Position numbers and translations under genes: made by a program. Under the pieces are notes generated by a model, which saw only the letters and a program-made list of their open reading frames with translations, was not told where the DNA came from and searched no databases. A DNA stretch of 60,727 bases from a virus (Duplodnaviria; Caudoviricetes), in the IMG/VR virus record IMGVR_UViG_3300032323_001975, positions 1 through 60,727 of that record; one strand, given 5' to 3'. Shown piece after piece: positions 58,395 to 60,727 of this stretch; position 1 is the stretch's first letter; each line of letters starts with the position of its first letter.

Positions 58395-59282
58395 ATGAAA
58401 TGTTTGGTAACTGGTGCCAGCGGCTTGTTAGGGCACGAAATTTGTAGGCAGTTGAAAAATTCAGACAATCAAGTGTGGGCCATTGACAATGGTTTTAGAA
58501 GCGATCTTAAGCCGCAATGTGATGTTTTTATACAAGACAATTTGGCAGATTGCTTAGATACCTTGCCCCTTGATTTTGATGTGATTTATCACATGGCGGC
58601 CATAAATGGTACTGATTATTTTTATTCAATGCCATTGACTGTGTTAGCGAACAATTTAAATTGTGATTTAAAATTGTTTGGCTGGGCTGAAAAATGTACA
58701 AGTTTAACCTGTCTAGTTTATGCCAGCAGCAGTGAAGTGGTTGCTGGATCTACAGAAAATGGCATTCCAGAAAAAACAACAGTCACAATTGATAATATTC
58801 ATAATGCAAGATGGAGTTATAGACTGCCCAAAATAGTTGCTGAAAATTATCTAGCCAACAGCAATTTGCCTTGGATGATTGTAAGATATTTTAATGTGTA
58901 TGGACCTTTGAGCAGGTCTGGCCATTTTGTGGCTGATCAAATTAGTAATCAAACAAAAGGAGTCTTTAAAGTAATTGGGCCACAAGAAACTAGAAGTTTT
59001 TGTTTTGTGAATGATGCGATACATGCAACAATAGCTTTGACTGGCAAGGCAAACGGTCAAATTGTAAATGTTGGAAGCGACGAAGAAATACCTATACTCG
59101 ATGCTGCTAAGATTATCAGTGAAAGTTTAAATATTGTTGATCCCACTTGGGTGCTTTTACCTGGACGATCTGGCAGTAGTTTAAAGAGAGTGCCAGATAT
59201 TTCTTTGTTAAAAACACTATTACCAACTTATCAGTGTAGATCCTTTAGTCAAGGTATTCAACAAACAGTTCAAAGTTTATGA
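58395..59282 (+). CDS. NAD-dependent SDR, UDP-glucuronate decarboxylase (UXS/ArnA)-like
   Basis: TGASGLLG, HMAA, YASSSEV, RWSYRLPK, RYFNVYGP, TRSFCFVND. Start moved to ATG 58395. Confidence 0.8.
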   Translation: MKCLVTGASGLLGHEICRQLKNSDNQVWAIDNGFRSDLKPQCDVFIQDNLADCLDTLPLDFDVIYHMAAINGTDYFYSMPLTVLANNLNCDLKLFGWAEKCTSLTCLVYASSSEVVAGSTENGIPEKTTVTIDNIHNARWSYRLPKIVAENYLANSNLPWMIVRYFNVYGPLSRSGHFVADQISNQTKGVFKVIGPQETRSFCFVNDAIHATIALTGKANGQIVNVGSDEEIPILDAAKIISESLNIVDPTWVLLPGRSGSSLKRVPDISLLKTLLPTYQCRSFSQGIQQTVQSL

Positions 59283-60442
59283 GTACTGATATTGAAAAAA
59301 TCTTAAAGAATTATTTTGAGTTTGATGGCATTTTTAATTTGCTAGATTATGACTATCGAATGATAGATCTTTACAATGAAATAAAACGGCTTAAGAAAAA
59401 CTTTTATAATGCAAATTATCGTTTCGTTTTTTTACATTATGACACAGAATATTACATAACCAATGATGAGCCCGGTTTAACTTTGAGAAACTTACAAAGA
59501 TTGTTGGTTTCTCTAGATATACCAAACTATTTTTGTTTGATACTAACGCAGCAAAACATAGGCAATCAACTTGAAAAGTTACGTATCCAAGAAACCAACG
59601 ATGATTGCACTATTTCACACATTGTAAATGGCCTGCAGCCCTTGATCCATTTCAAAGTGGATGATGTAAATAACAATGTGGGATCTATCACAAAAAAATT
59701 TATTTGTTTAAATGGTGTCAAACGATTTCATAGAGCAGTGCTATATTCAATGTTGGCCAGTAAAAACTTGCTCGATCAAGGTATAGTAAGTTATGGAGCA
59801 TTTAGTGACCCAAAACCAAAAAAAATAAATTTGTTGTCTAATAGAAATACTGTTTGTCCTCCATCATTGAGATTTTTATATGCTACCAATTCTAGTAGAA
59901 TTAATGACATGTGGGTAGTAAAGGACAAGGAGGTGATAGAACTTTTGAAAAACACCAACTTAGAAGATGAGTTTAAAAATTTCAAAGACACATACGGAAG
60001 ATATCGAGATCCGGCGGTGAAATTATCTCAACATGCATTTTTATATGTGATCACCGAAAGTGCATTTGATTACCCTACTTATGTCATGGGAGAAAAAACA
60101 TTTAAACCAATCATTGCCAAAAGACCATTTGTATTAATGTCAAGTTACGGCAGTTTGCAAATACTAAAAGATTTTGGATTTAAAACTTTTGATTCGTGGT
60201 GGGACGAGAGTTATGATAACATACAAGATCCTACACAAAGATGTAAAAAAATTGTATCAATAATTGAATACATATCCAGTAAATCCATGTCTGACTTACA
60301 ACACATGTATGCTGACATGCAAGAAATTGTAGATTACAATTTCAATTATTATAAAAATGAATTTTGTAATAACGAAATTAATAAATTACAAAAAAATTGT
60401 TTTAGTAATATAATGAACGGACAAAAAAACAACCATATGTGA
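59279..60442 (+). CDS. Putative glycosyltransferase (GT10-like), paralog 4
   Basis: FICLNG..RFHR, YVITES..MGEKTFKPIIAKRPFVL..GFKTFDSWWDESYD. Confidence 0.6.
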   Translation: MSTDIEKILKNYFEFDGIFNLLDYDYRMIDLYNEIKRLKKNFYNANYRFVFLHYDTEYYITNDEPGLTLRNLQRLLVSLDIPNYFCLILTQQNIGNQLEKLRIQETNDDCTISHIVNGLQPLIHFKVDDVNNNVGSITKKFICLNGVKRFHRAVLYSMLASKNLLDQGIVSYGAFSDPKPKKINLLSNRNTVCPPSLRFLYATNSSRINDMWVVKDKEVIELLKNTNLEDEFKNFKDTYGRYRDPAVKLSQHAFLYVITESAFDYPTYVMGEKTFKPIIAKRPFVLMSSYGSLQILKDFGFKTFDSWWDESYDNIQDPTQRCKKIVSIIEYISSKSMSDLQHMYADMQEIVDYNFNYYKNEFCNNEINKLQKNCFSNIMNGQKNNHM

Positions 60443-60523
60443 AGACAAATCAAAAGTATTGTTTTTGAAAACAACTATCAAAAACGTTTGAATTCATGTG
60501 CAAATATGTTAAAGTTATAACTT

Positions 60524-60727
60524 ATGTTACAAATAAAAAATTTAACAGTTAAGAATTTTATGAGCGTGGGCAATGCCACGCAAGCAGTGAACTTTGATCG
60601 AAAAGATCTTACACTTGTTCTTGGAGAAAATTTAGACCTTGGAGGTGACGGATCTCGCAACGGTACAGGTAAAACTACCATTATCAATGCCTTGAGCTAT
60701 GGGCTGTATGGTAGTGCGCTCACCAAC
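60524..60727 (+). CDS. gp46: Recombination ATPase subunit (gp46/Rad50/SbcC), 5' part
   Basis: Own translation: MLQIKNLTVKNFMSVGN..LVLGEN..NGTGKTTIINALSYGLYG (Walker A); runs off the window end. Confidence 0.92.
   Translation, partial: MLQIKNLTVKNFMSVGNATQAVNFDRKDLTLVLGENLDLGGDGSRNGTGKTTIINALSYGLYGSALTN

Noticed and set aside
157-60687. Short antisense or alternative-frame ORFs in the track (for example 157-597, 46958-47386, 54025-54486, 60478-60687)
   Set aside because: They lie wholly or largely within well-supported genes and have no recognisable motifs; shadow ORFs.
1-60727. Stop-codon reassignment as seen in some jumbo phages
   Set aside because: Genes are full length and tightly coupled under code 11, and TAA, TGA and TAG all end genes.
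1-60727. CRISPR array, tRNA, IS or diversity-generating retroelement
   Set aside because: Intergenic gaps are at most ~110 bp; no spaced direct repeats, cloverleaf, transposase or reverse transcriptase was seen by eye.

Overview
A gene-dense, AT-rich segment of a large T4-like (jumbo) myophage genome read in the standard genetic code. I saw no tRNA, rRNA, CRISPR array or IS. Left to right: (1) the 3' end of a probable dihydrofolate reductase, thymidylate synthase and a small nucleotide-sugar module (epimerase, 2OG-Fe(II) oxygenase, DegT aminotransferase); (2) glycosyltransferase-like genes on both strands; (3) a gap-free 16-kb minus-strand run of 19 overlapping genes (8649-24544): three GT-A glycosyltransferases, a sulfotransferase, a GT10-like protein, five tandem radical SAM enzymes with an N-terminal Twitch-like domain, two SGNH proteins, an unannotated 33-aa microprotein, a NodU/CmcH carbamoyltransferase, an APS-kinase-like protein and dCMP deaminase; (4) directly upstream on the same strand, the tail-fibre/baseplate module (fibres, a 4235-aa giant protein, and gp6-, gp25-, gp5-, hub-, gp53- and tube-initiator-like genes); (5) the divergent gp55-like late sigma factor and gp47, a five-gene nucleotide-sugar cassette inserted between gp47 and gp46, and the start of gp46. 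The main hypothesis (inference, untested) is a phage-encoded system that builds a chemically decorated glycan (amino/deoxy sugars, carbamoyl, sulfate, acyl groups, radical SAM tailoring) and attaches it to virion proteins, which carry dense [A/G/S]-Asn motifs. All family calls come from motifs read by eye; no searches were run.
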